DNA of 64,000 nucleotides from a virus, in the IMG/VR virus record IMGVR_UViG_3300027976_003189; one strand, written 5' to 3'. Each line of letters begins with the position of its first letter. The stretch's first letter is position 1. A model generated the notes under the pieces. It was not told where the DNA came from. It saw only the letters and a program-made list of their open reading frames with translations, and did no database searches. Positions 29,027 through 38,159 of the stretch are shown one piece after another. Both the position numbers and the translations under genes were made by a program.

Positions 29027-29314
29027 TCAATCTTCATTTCCTAAACCTTCGCAGTTATCTCCAAGAGCTTTCATCTTCTCAGAGAGAGGAATAAGCCCAT
29101 TAATAGATAAGATAACTTTTCTATCTAATTCTCCCTTAGCAGGAGACTTTTTCATACAAATAAAGCCGTTTAATCCCAAGCAAATATATCTGCAAGTTAA
29201 ATTACCATTGTAAATTTTGCAAACTGATTGTAAATGAGACTCTGGTATTTTCTTACTAGAGTCATTAATGTATTTTCCCAAATCCCCACCCATATCGACA
29301 ACAACCGTAGACAT
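29027..29314 (-). CDS. Hypothetical Cys-containing protein
   Basis: 95 aa, CKI...CRYI...CMK...NCEG. Confidence 0.6.
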   Translation of the reverse strand: MSTVVVDMGGDLGKYINDSSKKIPESHLQSVCKIYNGNLTCRYICLGLNGFICMKKSPAKGELDRKVILSINGLIPLSEKMKALGDNCEGLGNED

Positions 29315-29358
29315 ATGTAATTTTCCTTATCTAATGGAGAAATGACAAATATTGAAAT

Positions 29359-29796
29359 TTAGGATTTTTCTATAGAAAACGTTATATGAAACTTATGACC
29401 CTTATTCTTATAAGTTTTAGGTAATTTATATTTTGTTCTTAATTTTTCTAATTGAGGAGATTCTATTTCAACAAAGCACACGTTTTTCATACCTTTCCAG
29501 CCTTCTGGTTTTACGCATTTTGCATTACCAATATTAAACTCAAAGTAATCACCGACTTCCTTAATAATCATATCATCATCTAGTTCGTCATCGGATATAA
29601 CTGAGACATGAGATCCTACGCTATTATATTGTTTTTGCTGATACTGATGTTTCTCGGCCTTGTCGTCATCTAGCATGTCAAATAGTCCATTAGTAAATGA
29701 CTGAGGTATATCAAGATAATGAAAGCCATTAGGAGATCTTTTTAAGATTGCCTTGAAAACTGCTTCTTTCTTTTTTGCTAATTTAAACCAATTCAT
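29359..29796 (-). CDS. 2H phosphoesterase with MNWF leader
   Basis: Two Hx(S/T)-hydrophobic motifs, GSHVSVI and FHITF, about 75 aa apart; starts MNWFKLAKK. Confidence 0.75.
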   Translation of the reverse strand: MNWFKLAKKKEAVFKAILKRSPNGFHYLDIPQSFTNGLFDMLDDDKAEKHQYQQKQYNSVGSHVSVISDDELDDDMIIKEVGDYFEFNIGNAKCVKPEGWKGMKNVCFVEIESPQLEKLRTKYKLPKTYKNKGHKFHITFSIEKS

Positions 29797-29941
29797 AATT
29801 TATATAATGCGATTTTTTAGGTATACCTTGTATTATCTTAATAATATAGCATTAATGGTTTTTACTAAACTCAAAGCATTACTCCATATAAGAGGCATCT
29901 AATCCTAATGCTATTATCTATTTCGGAAAATTCATTCACGT

Positions 29942-30637
29942 TCATTTTAAAATATTCTGTATTCTTAAAAACCTATGAAAATTAGTATTATTATTATCAT
30001 TATACTTTTCAACATAATCTGTAGCCATATTGTACTGGTATTCTATTGATTTATTAAAAGAAGAAATTGTGTTTTTTAACTCTTTTCTCTTCTTCTCGAA
30101 ATTTTTCCCTTTATCTTCCCCTCTCATAACTGCATACTTTATATGTTCAGCATGATCCGAGCATGCGTGTATGGCAACAACATCTGGATCTACTTTAACT
30201 ATATATCTAGTTTTTTTCAAATCTTGAAAAAATGGTTTATCAATTTTACCAAGATGATTAATTCTGAAACCTATCTCTCTAGCTATGCTAGTGTTATATA
30301 TTTTAATACCTTTTCTGGATTTAGAAGTATATGGCTCCCATAGCATCCACTGCCTCATTGCTATATTATCTTTTTGTCCATCAATGGATTGAGACATAAA
30401 TTCTATACATCTTGGATGCATAAGCATATCATCATCTATTCTTAAAAAATAAGGAGTAGAACATACATCAAGTATTTTCCTATTAGCGTCGATCCAGGAC
30501 ATATCTTTATGTATATAGTGTTTTATTTTTACATTCTGCTGTTCTAAAAAAGATTTTAAACAAAATGAAAATGTAGACCTTCCGTTGGTTATAATAAACG
30601 CTTCAATCTTTTCTTTTAATTCTATCATAACTTTCAA
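29942..30637 (-). CDS. GT-A fold glycosyltransferase (GT2-like)
   Basis: AFIITNGR, PYFLRIDDDM (DxD-type motif). Confidence 0.65.
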   Translation of the reverse strand: MKVMIELKEKIEAFIITNGRSTFSFCLKSFLEQQNVKIKHYIHKDMSWIDANRKILDVCSTPYFLRIDDDMLMHPRCIEFMSQSIDGQKDNIAMRQWMLWEPYTSKSRKGIKIYNTSIAREIGFRINHLGKIDKPFFQDLKKTRYIVKVDPDVVAIHACSDHAEHIKYAVMRGEDKGKNFEKKRKELKNTISSFNKSIEYQYNMATDYVEKYNDNNNTNFHRFLRIQNILK

Positions 30638-30957
30638 AGAAGTTCACCCAAGCCTTAGATTGATGAATCCAATCCCATGACTCTATTGAGCGCCTTGCTT
30701 CTTCCCTTATTAAATAATATAGTTTTTTGGATATAACATCATTAATGCGATTATATACAGATGTACATAAATCTTCTGGAATATCATTCCAATAATATCC
30801 ATTGATATTATCTTCAATTATTTCTATCGTATTTCCTACTTTTGTTGTTATACAAAGATGCAGTATGGAATTTGTCAAATGTCATGTAATTTTCTAACAA
30901 TTTCATTCTACTATACTGCACTCTGCCAATTTTATCTGCTATAGATATTATTCTCAT
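30603..30957 (-). pseudogene. Internally deleted, frame-broken GT4 glycosyltransferase
   Basis: ATG 30957 overlaps the upstream TGA (ATGA) and gives MRIISIADKIGRVQYSR..., which stops at 30814. A different frame encodes a GT4 C-terminus (LCITTKVGNTIEIIEDNINGY...WDW). About 350 bp in total versus about 1 kb for a normal GT4. Confidence 0.7.
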
Positions 30958-31694
30958 TTCCATATTTCCATAATCTTTATTAGTAAAGATTTATCACTTA
31001 CAGTAGCCATATCGATACCAAATATAGATCTGGTCTGCTTAATTAGGTCTAGTGTTTGAGTAGCCAATATGTGTCTAGACTTGCAACTTCGTCCCTTTTT
31101 ACTAACGGTATATCTGGTCTTATTATTAAGCCAGAAATATCTAGAATCTAACAAATCTATTCCGGCAAATAAAATCTTCTTATATCCCATCCATGATACT
31201 ATGTGCAAAATCCCATTTAGGGTCATTTTCCCATGTATTACGCCATCCTTAAAAATATTATATTTTTTCCATTTATCTATACCATCATTATTCATATATA
31301 ATTTAATATCGTTAACAACTATACCTGACTGAATGAAATTATCTAATTTATTATGATAAGATGTTACAATATTTTTGTGTATTGATTTTGACAAATTATG
31401 GACTATCAAGCAACTGTCCTTATAATAACTATTTAATAAATTATATAATTCATCTTCTGTTTCATCACTGGAAATACGCTTTGGAGAATTAGACTGCTCT
31501 CTTATGGTATAAAATGTTGTTTGAATTTTAGACTTACAAAACCAATTAAATGATATAGAGTTATATTCCCCCAGCCTCATCTTCTGTGTATCAGTAATTT
31601 TATTAATAGAGTTACCGCTACCATATATAACTATAGTATCAGAAGTTTTCTTACTAAGAAACTCTTGCTCTGTTAATATATTCATTTTTTGCAT
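30954..31694 (-). CDS. DUF115/Maf-like Rossmann protein (candidate nonulosonate transferase)
   Basis: IVIYGSGNSI, SISFN, WMGYKKILFAGIDL. Confidence 0.6.
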   Translation of the reverse strand: MQKMNILTEQEFLSKKTSDTIVIYGSGNSINKITDTQKMRLGEYNSISFNWFCKSKIQTTFYTIREQSNSPKRISSDETEDELYNLLNSYYKDSCLIVHNLSKSIHKNIVTSYHNKLDNFIQSGIVVNDIKLYMNNDGIDKWKKYNIFKDGVIHGKMTLNGILHIVSWMGYKKILFAGIDLLDSRYFWLNNKTRYTVSKKGRSCKSRHILATQTLDLIKQTRSIFGIDMATVSDKSLLIKIMEIWK

Positions 31695-32233
31695 CTAGCA
31701 ACGAGAACAGAACTTCCCTTATCTGGATTCGCATTTTTATGAAATTTTCCAGTCCAAAGTATCTCATGTGACCCAAATAATTCAATTAATTTTTCCATAC
31801 CAAGATACTGATGATGATATTTATTTTTTAATGAGCTTTCCTTATGAGAAGGAACAGTTACTGCGATAAGACCGCCTGGTTTTGTAATTCTATTTATTTC
31901 CTTAACAGCTTTTATCTCAGTAGTATCTCTCAGATGCTCTAAAGTTTCAGAGCAAATGAACAGGTCAGCCGTATTATCTTCTAATGGTAATCCCTCTATA
32001 ATATTGCCTATCTGAGCCTTAAGACCAACGTTTTTTGCAAGATTAACAGAATTTTTAAGAATATCAAATCCCAAAACTTTAAATCCATTAAAAATTAAGA
32101 CTTCAGCATTAACCCCCTGTGAACAACCGCAGTCTACAATTAATGCATCATCTTTCAAACCGTAAGCCCTAAGCATCCCATAAAGAAATGCATATCTAAG
32201 ATTTGGTCTTGCTGGCTTATCTATATATCCCAT
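31682..32233 (-). CDS. Class I SAM-dependent methyltransferase
   Basis: IVDCGCSQG, GFDI, DLFICSETLEHL, RITKPGG. Confidence 0.9.
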   Translation of the reverse strand: MGYIDKPARPNLRYAFLYGMLRAYGLKDDALIVDCGCSQGVNAEVLIFNGFKVLGFDILKNSVNLAKNVGLKAQIGNIIEGLPLEDNTADLFICSETLEHLRDTTEIKAVKEINRITKPGGLIAVTVPSHKESSLKNKYHHQYLGMEKLIELFGSHEILWTGKFHKNANPDKGSSVLVARCKK

Positions 32234-32820
32234 TACTTAACTCCTTCTGTGTAAATAGAACAATCTTTATATCTATCATGGTCATGATTTTTAAATTCAT
32301 CCGAGCAATCATTAAGAGACTTACGCTCTATATTCTTAAATCCTGCTTTTTCCATATAATACTTTAATAACTCAAAATTAAACACATTTACATGCCCGCC
32401 AATTAATCTTTCATGAGTCTTCGCATCTTCTTTATAAGAAAAAAACCATGACGAAAGGTAACAAATTGCCATGTCAGGAAGACATGGCAATTTTGTTGGA
32501 TTCCTACTGTCTTTAAGATATTTTGTATCATCTTTAATATATGCCTTAATAGCCTTATCTATGTCAGGAACTACAATTCTTACTTTACAACCCTTTTTAA
32601 GAACCCTACTAAACTCAGATAATACGAAAGGAAGAATATCTGGAAAAATATGTTCTAAAGTATGAGAAGTATAAACGGCTTCTATAGAATTATCTTCAAA
32701 GGGCAACTTGTCATTCATTATATCAATTTGATAATCGGCATCTTTTCGAATATCCACAGTTTCCCATCTTTGTCCTCCAAAATGATTACGTCCTTTTTGT
32801 CCACCTATGTCAATTTTCAT
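32233..32820 (-). CDS. SAM-dependent methyltransferase (type 11-like)
   Basis: IDIGG, LPFEDNSIEAVYTSHTLEHI, RVLKKGCKVRIVVPD. Confidence 0.85.
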   Translation of the reverse strand: MKIDIGGQKGRNHFGGQRWETVDIRKDADYQIDIMNDKLPFEDNSIEAVYTSHTLEHIFPDILPFVLSEFSRVLKKGCKVRIVVPDIDKAIKAYIKDDTKYLKDSRNPTKLPCLPDMAICYLSSWFFSYKEDAKTHERLIGGHVNVFNFELLKYYMEKAGFKNIERKSLNDCSDEFKNHDHDRYKDCSIYTEGVK

Positions 32821-33721
32821 TTAATAATCCTGTAAAAAAATCAATGTACTGATTTGCTATGTTTCGTATATCGAATTTTTCATCATATTTTAATATAGTC
32901 TTATTCTCTGAATATTCTTTCAATGCTAAAGAAATTTCATCATAATCCATCTTTGGTGGTTTATATAATCTACAAGGGTTGAAGTCCCACTGAGTATCTT
33001 TAATACCTATACCATTGCCGTTACCGATTTCTGGTGATCCACCAGACATAGAATATATTATAGGACACTTTGCAACAACAGACTCTACCATCGCATTCGG
33101 ACACCAGTCTATCCAGGATAAATGTATAGTAGCCAATGCTCTTGAGAGATACTTTGATGACGTAGATTTATCCATCCATCCGGTATATTCTATATTAGGA
33201 TGCTTAATTGGTTTATCAACATTTCCTGCTATTTTTAAAGATGCATTTAACCCTCTATCTACCGAGTATATAAAAGATTTACAAATATCTACTAGCCTTT
33301 TATGCGGTCTCCAGTTGCATTGTGCAAAAAAGAAATAACCAGGATCACGTTGTGGAAATTCATTAGGATCAGCTCCATTGAAAATACATATATTCTTCTT
33401 ATCTACATTCAAAATCATTTCATATGCTTGTTTGCAAAATATACTTTGATAAATAACCGCATTGCTTTTATTTATAGATTTTTGTAATTTAGAGTTTCTC
33501 TTTTGATAAGGCTGATCTTTATTAAAATACAAACCATCAAGACGCATGACTTTTATTTTGGATGATATATTCTCAAAATTACGACCTAAATGCAAAAGTA
33601 TATCCCCATTATTAGGAACAATTTTTATTCCCATATCTTGAAAAATACTACTTAATCTATTAAGGAATTTGTGTTTCCCTGAATTATTAAGAGATATATC
33701 TTCACTAAAAACAATTTTCAT
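32810..33721 (-). CDS. GT4-like glycosyltransferase
   Basis: IFNGAD, NWRPHKRL, HLSWIDWCPNAMVESVVAKCPII. Confidence 0.85.
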   Translation of the reverse strand: MKIVFSEDISLNNSGKHKFLNRLSSIFQDMGIKIVPNNGDILLHLGRNFENISSKIKVMRLDGLYFNKDQPYQKRNSKLQKSINKSNAVIYQSIFCKQAYEMILNVDKKNICIFNGADPNEFPQRDPGYFFFAQCNWRPHKRLVDICKSFIYSVDRGLNASLKIAGNVDKPIKHPNIEYTGWMDKSTSSKYLSRALATIHLSWIDWCPNAMVESVVAKCPIIYSMSGGSPEIGNGNGIGIKDTQWDFNPCRLYKPPKMDYDEISLALKEYSENKTILKYDEKFDIRNIANQYIDFFTGLLNEN

Positions 33722-33788
33722 ATATATGCCTTTAAAAACTTATGCTTTCCAGAGTCAACTCTATCTATGTCTTCTGTAAATAATACTC

Positions 33789-34832
33789 TCATATAGTTAT
33801 TCCTAATGGAGCTTCTATATGTTTTATTTTTTTTAATATGTGCTTCAATTCATAATAAGAGACAAATTTGTAATTATTGTGACCTTCTATCTTATTAATA
33901 ATAAGAGCTAATCTTCTAGAAGAATTTATAAATCCATATTCACTCAAGTAATTTTTTATTATATCTTCTCTATTAAATTGTGTCTCAACCATGTATTTTA
34001 ATGAATTTACTAAATTATCCAAATAATTATCTTTATGTTTTACAATTTCAAATGAATTCATTGGCCCATTAAATAATGCACCATTTGTACTATTTACGTA
34101 CTTCCATCCTCCATATATCTTGTTATTAACTAAAATAGGAGTTCCTCTAATCAAAGCCTCTGTTATCATTCTAGGGCTACAATCTCTTGTATTTCCAAAA
34201 AACTGGAATTTTACACTCCTTAGTAGTGAACATAATCTTTTTTCATCAAGATTATCTTTTTTATACTTAATGTTTTCCAATCTTCTGGCTAATTCTCTAG
34301 AGATAAGTAAGTTATTTTCTTGACTTCCTTTTTCAACTTTACCTGAAATAATATCCCCCCTCTTTCCAGGATTTCTAAAACTATAAAAGTCTATTACTAA
34401 TCCTTTAAGTCCAAGTATCCCCGATGCTTTATCCAGCAAACTTAGTGTATGATATCCTTTGCAATTAACTCCTTGAATAGAGTCTATAGTAAAGAAAACA
34501 AAGTCGTATTTGCTTTTACTACTTGTACATCCTGAATATATCCATTTTGGATCAACCATGTCCGATTCCGAAAAAAGAAATTTTGGCTTATCTGGAAAAA
34601 GTGAAGTATAATCATCACGAAAAGGATGACAAAATGCAGACATATTATCGTGCCATTCTAATGTCTTCTCTCTGAACCTATAATCGCATGCTATAAAGAT
34701 ATTGTTTTTCCCATCTCCAGACTGTGATTTAAGCGAAGTCCACTTTCTAAATACCTTATTAGAAATATTTATAATATTACCATCATATGTTACAGCACAA
34801 AGAGACTTAATTGTTTTACATGATAGATGCAT
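33789..34832 (-). CDS. Divergent GT-B glycosyltransferase
   Basis: RDCSPRMITEALIRGTPILVN resembles a GT-B donor-binding motif; also FCHPF...FSESD and GGWKYV. Confidence 0.6.
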   Translation of the reverse strand: MHLSCKTIKSLCAVTYDGNIINISNKVFRKWTSLKSQSGDGKNNIFIACDYRFREKTLEWHDNMSAFCHPFRDDYTSLFPDKPKFLFSESDMVDPKWIYSGCTSSKSKYDFVFFTIDSIQGVNCKGYHTLSLLDKASGILGLKGLVIDFYSFRNPGKRGDIISGKVEKGSQENNLLISRELARRLENIKYKKDNLDEKRLCSLLRSVKFQFFGNTRDCSPRMITEALIRGTPILVNNKIYGGWKYVNSTNGALFNGPMNSFEIVKHKDNYLDNLVNSLKYMVETQFNREDIIKNYLSEYGFINSSRRLALIINKIEGHNNYKFVSYYELKHILKKIKHIEAPLGITI

Positions 34833-34836
34833 AATA

Positions 34837-35679
34837 TTATATCAAATTGAAAGCTTTTTTAACACATGGATTTTTTATAGTTTTTTTACAACCCTTGAAA
34901 TATTTTCCCCAATATTTATAGTTGCTTTTCATATACTTTAAACAATTGTAAATTTTTTCAGCATAAGATTTTCTCTTATCTGGACAATACTTATCTGCGT
35001 TTTTGATTGTTAACATACAATACTCTATCGCTTTTTTTTCTTCTGGAAACTTTATAAAATACATAGATGCCCAATAGTAAGGAGTAAACATGTGTTTATA
35101 GCTATTGCATTTTAATGCGTTTTCAACAGATATTATATAATGTTTTTCCATATTATCTAATTTTACAACATCTTTATTTATAACAGCCTCGTCTCCAAGT
35201 CTGTGAGCTTCCATCTCATAATAAATACATAAACCGTAATAATTATTGTCTTTTTCAAAATTATATCGAACCTTGTCCATAAATTTTCTAGACCGACTCC
35301 AATCATTAGACTCCTTCTTCATTCTCTTACAATCATTAGACTCCTTCTTCATTCTCTTATAATCATTACCAGATCTGTGTATTCCCTGTTTTTCAAACTG
35401 CCCGTAAATATACCTTATACATGCAGCGTAACCAACGTGGTCAGATGGTGCTTTTTTAAAAAGATACAATTTAGAAAATTTTTCTGCTAACTCATCCTCT
35501 TGTTTCTCCGAAATATTACTTAATGCAAAAAAAATATCTTTTCCAGGAGCCCCTTGGTACATTCCTTTTAAAAAAGCTCCTTCAATAATAGGTCTATTAG
35601 GCAATGGCTTATCAGAAGGAGGTTTATGAATTATACCCTGTGAAACTAAAAACATTAATTTCTCGAACTCAAAGATCAT
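34837..35679 (-). CDS. Hypothetical helical protein
   Basis: 280 aa; Tyr/Ala pattern suggests TPR-like helices in the C-terminal half. Confidence 0.6.
   Translation of the reverse strand: MIFEFEKLMFLVSQGIIHKPPSDKPLPNRPIIEGAFLKGMYQGAPGKDIFFALSNISEKQEDELAEKFSKLYLFKKAPSDHVGYAACIRYIYGQFEKQGIHRSGNDYKRMKKESNDCKRMKKESNDWSRSRKFMDKVRYNFEKDNNYYGLCIYYEMEAHRLGDEAVINKDVVKLDNMEKHYIISVENALKCNSYKHMFTPYYWASMYFIKFPEEKKAIEYCMLTIKNADKYCPDKRKSYAEKIYNCLKYMKSNYKYWGKYFKGCKKTIKNPCVKKAFNLI
35301..35368 (-). repeat. 30-bp in-frame tandem duplication
   Basis: aatcattagactccttcttcattctctta(c/t) x2 plus a partial copy; encodes (KRMKKESND-x)x2. Confidence 0.9.
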
Positions 35680-35861
35680 TTACTATTCCTTATTTTAAGG
35701 TATTCATCTAGAGAAATAGGACTTTTCTTATAGTATATTTTTCTATTTTTTGGTATTTCCATACCATTCTTGATGCAGTAGTCTATATATTGATTTCTAA
35801 TATATTTACCTTTACTATAAAAATTAGAGTGATTAAATATTGTCTTAGAAACACCGCACAT
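35676..35861 (-). CDS. Hypothetical protein
   Basis: 61 aa; its stop overlaps the next start (ATGA). Confidence 0.5.
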   Translation of the reverse strand: MCGVSKTIFNHSNFYSKGKYIRNQYIDYCIKNGMEIPKNRKIYYKKSPISLDEYLKIRNSK

Positions 35862-35883
35862 AAATAATCTTAATTCTTTTTTT

Positions 35884-36552
35884 TCATTTTCTTAATACAA
35901 AACAAGCGATATAGGACGTTGATGCTAAAAAATTATATTTCTTTAGATGCTTTTTAGATTCTCCTGGTAAGTATGATAGCAATCCATCATGGCTTTTTCT
36001 CCATACCTCGGCAACCTCTATATCTAATTTTGATGAGTTAAATAAACTTTCTATTTTGTTAAAATCACCAGTAACAAATATAGGATCACCGTGTAAGTGA
36101 ATAGGAACAGTTAAAATAATTTTTCCATCTACTTTTAGAACCCTACGAATCTCCGATAACGCTGAAACTATATCGATCCAGTGCTCCATCGTCTGATTTC
36201 CAATAACGCAATCAAATAATTCATTTTCAAAAGGCATCGCAATAACATCGCAAACTTTAGTAGTCAGGTCTGTTTTCTTAATGTCTATACCACTCCATTT
36301 TGATCCAGCATCTTCAATAGCCTTTTTTATAAAATTACCCTTTAATGATGACCCGCATCCTACTTCAAGTACGTTTTTATCATGTATTTTGCTATAGTAT
36401 TTATCAGCAATAGCATGTTGACATTTTCTAATAGGAGACATAACTCCTACCCATACACCGTCCTTGTTAATAGATGATTTATACTTTTCCTCATGGCTTT
36501 TGCAAAATGTAAATTTTTCACATGACTTGCATGATATGTTATTTATTTTCAT
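35884..36552 (-). CDS. Class I SAM-dependent methyltransferase (type 11)
   Basis: VLEVGCGS, GIDI, MPFENELFDCVIGNQTMEHW, RRVLKVDG. Confidence 0.9.
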   Translation of the reverse strand: MKINNISCKSCEKFTFCKSHEEKYKSSINKDGVWVGVMSPIRKCQHAIADKYYSKIHDKNVLEVGCGSSLKGNFIKKAIEDAGSKWSGIDIKKTDLTTKVCDVIAMPFENELFDCVIGNQTMEHWIDIVSALSEIRRVLKVDGKIILTVPIHLHGDPIFVTGDFNKIESLFNSSKLDIEVAEVWRKSHDGLLSYLPGESKKHLKKYNFLASTSYIACFVLRK

Positions 36553-36553
36553 G

Positions 36554-37429
36554 TTATTTCTTTTCCACAGCAGATACAGCAGATTTATTATTTGCCCAAT
36601 CCCAATCTTTCTTAGGACGTATGTTCTTATTTTGTTCCCACACAGATTTTATAATAATAGGATCTAAACCATTATTTTCAAATGTTTTAATTAAAGCATT
36701 TATGTCTTTACTAAAACATGTTCCTCCTATGCCTAAAGCTCCATCATGCCCAGGAACTTGATAATGCGTTTTTCCTATTCTTCCATCTGACATAACTCCA
36801 TTAATTATATTATCCCAATTTAATCCGACCTTATCGCTTAAAAGTTTCATTTCATTAAAAAACATAACTTTTGTAGAAAAGAAGCAATTAGCTACGTATT
36901 TTACAAATTCAGATTCATCTGAACTCATTGTATAGCATGGACATCCTGGAAATCTAGATTTGTACAAATCAGATATAAAATTAACAGACTTTTCATCAGA
37001 GCCGCCGACGATGTTTCTAGCAGATGTAATAAAATCTATTAGAGAGCATCTTGCCGTTAAAAATTCAGGACTATGAACTATATTTAAATCAGGAAATTCT
37101 TCTAATAATGATTTTGTTGTACCAACAGGTACTGTGGATTTAATAACAAAAATTGGCTTTTTTGATACTTCTAATAAAACGCTATCTGCCTTAATAAAAA
37201 ATTCATTTATAATAGATAAATTGCATTCTCCACCTTCTACACTTATCATAGGAGTTGGCAAGCATATAAAGACTATATCACTTTCTAATACTTCTCCAAT
37301 TGAATTAGAACACCTTTTAGGATCTATATCGTATGTCATAATTGAACAATACGTCATAAAGCCTCTTGCAACAGATGTTCCTAAAATTCCACACCCAATA
37401 ACGCCAATTTTAACATTTTTCAAATCCAT
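36554..37429 (-). CDS. ugd: UDP-glucose/GDP-mannose dehydrogenase family, short form lacking the C-terminal domain
   Basis: IGVIGCGILG, FICLPTP, IKSTVPVGT, SPEFL, KYVANCF, catalytic GGTCFSKD; only 291 aa. Confidence 0.9.
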   Translation of the reverse strand: MDLKNVKIGVIGCGILGTSVARGFMTYCSIMTYDIDPKRCSNSIGEVLESDIVFICLPTPMISVEGGECNLSIINEFFIKADSVLLEVSKKPIFVIKSTVPVGTTKSLLEEFPDLNIVHSPEFLTARCSLIDFITSARNIVGGSDEKSVNFISDLYKSRFPGCPCYTMSSDESEFVKYVANCFFSTKVMFFNEMKLLSDKVGLNWDNIINGVMSDGRIGKTHYQVPGHDGALGIGGTCFSKDINALIKTFENNGLDPIIIKSVWEQNKNIRPKKDWDWANNKSAVSAVEKK

Positions 37430-38159
37430 TTTCGTCTCCTAACATAGTACAATCCGATAGATTTTTTCGCCTACGAGCAATGCGATCTAAAACATCCCTT
37501 TGTAATCTATCGTTATTTTTTATCTTCCAGTCTGAACGGTGCATCTGATTCTTATGAACTCTATATATTGATACTGGATCATTAACATAAGATACCTTGA
37601 ATTCATCTTGCCTACTCATAATTCTAGCCCACATTTCTCTATCACTTTTGCATTTTAAAGATTCATCATATAACCCAACCTTGCGATGTATATCTTTTTT
37701 TAACATTACCGTTTGGGCATGAATCATTTTATAGCTTTTTTCATCTTTTGAGCTTTTTAGCCATTTAGCCCATAACTTTGATAATTTTAATTTTCCGTTT
37801 TCCAAATCTAATGCTGGACCATGAACAAAATCAAATCCGCTTTGAATCTTTTTATACCTGCTATGCAAACTATCTTTATATAACATATCATCTGCATCAA
37901 GCATAGATAGTATCTCGAATTTTGCATGCTTTATACCAAAGTTCTTTGCGAAAGAATAACCCATATTTTTATCTAATCTATAATAGCGTACTCTTTCAGA
38001 GATATATTTTTTTATAGATTTCATAGGATTGTCTGTTGAGCAATCGTCAATAATAATCATCTCAGAATCGGTAAAATTTTGAGATAAAAAAGATTCTATA
38101 CAGCTTCCTATATAGTTCTTATAATTAAACAAAGTTGTTATAACAGATATATGTGTCAT
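37410..38159 (-). CDS. GT2 family glycosyltransferase
   Basis: ISVITTLFN, IIIDDCSTD, AKNFGI, LDADD, SDREMW. Confidence 0.92.
   Translation of the reverse strand: MTHISVITTLFNYKNYIGSCIESFLSQNFTDSEMIIIDDCSTDNPMKSIKKYISERVRYYRLDKNMGYSFAKNFGIKHAKFEILSMLDADDMLYKDSLHSRYKKIQSGFDFVHGPALDLENGKLKLSKLWAKWLKSSKDEKSYKMIHAQTVMLKKDIHRKVGLYDESLKCKSDREMWARIMSRQDEFKVSYVNDPVSIYRVHKNQMHRSDWKIKNNDRLQRDVLDRIARRRKNLSDCTMLGDENGFEKC

Noticed and set aside
30814-30957. Programmed frameshift restoring the broken GT
   Set aside because: Even if fused, the product would be about 115-120 aa, far too short for a GT-B enzyme, and no canonical slippery heptamer is evident.
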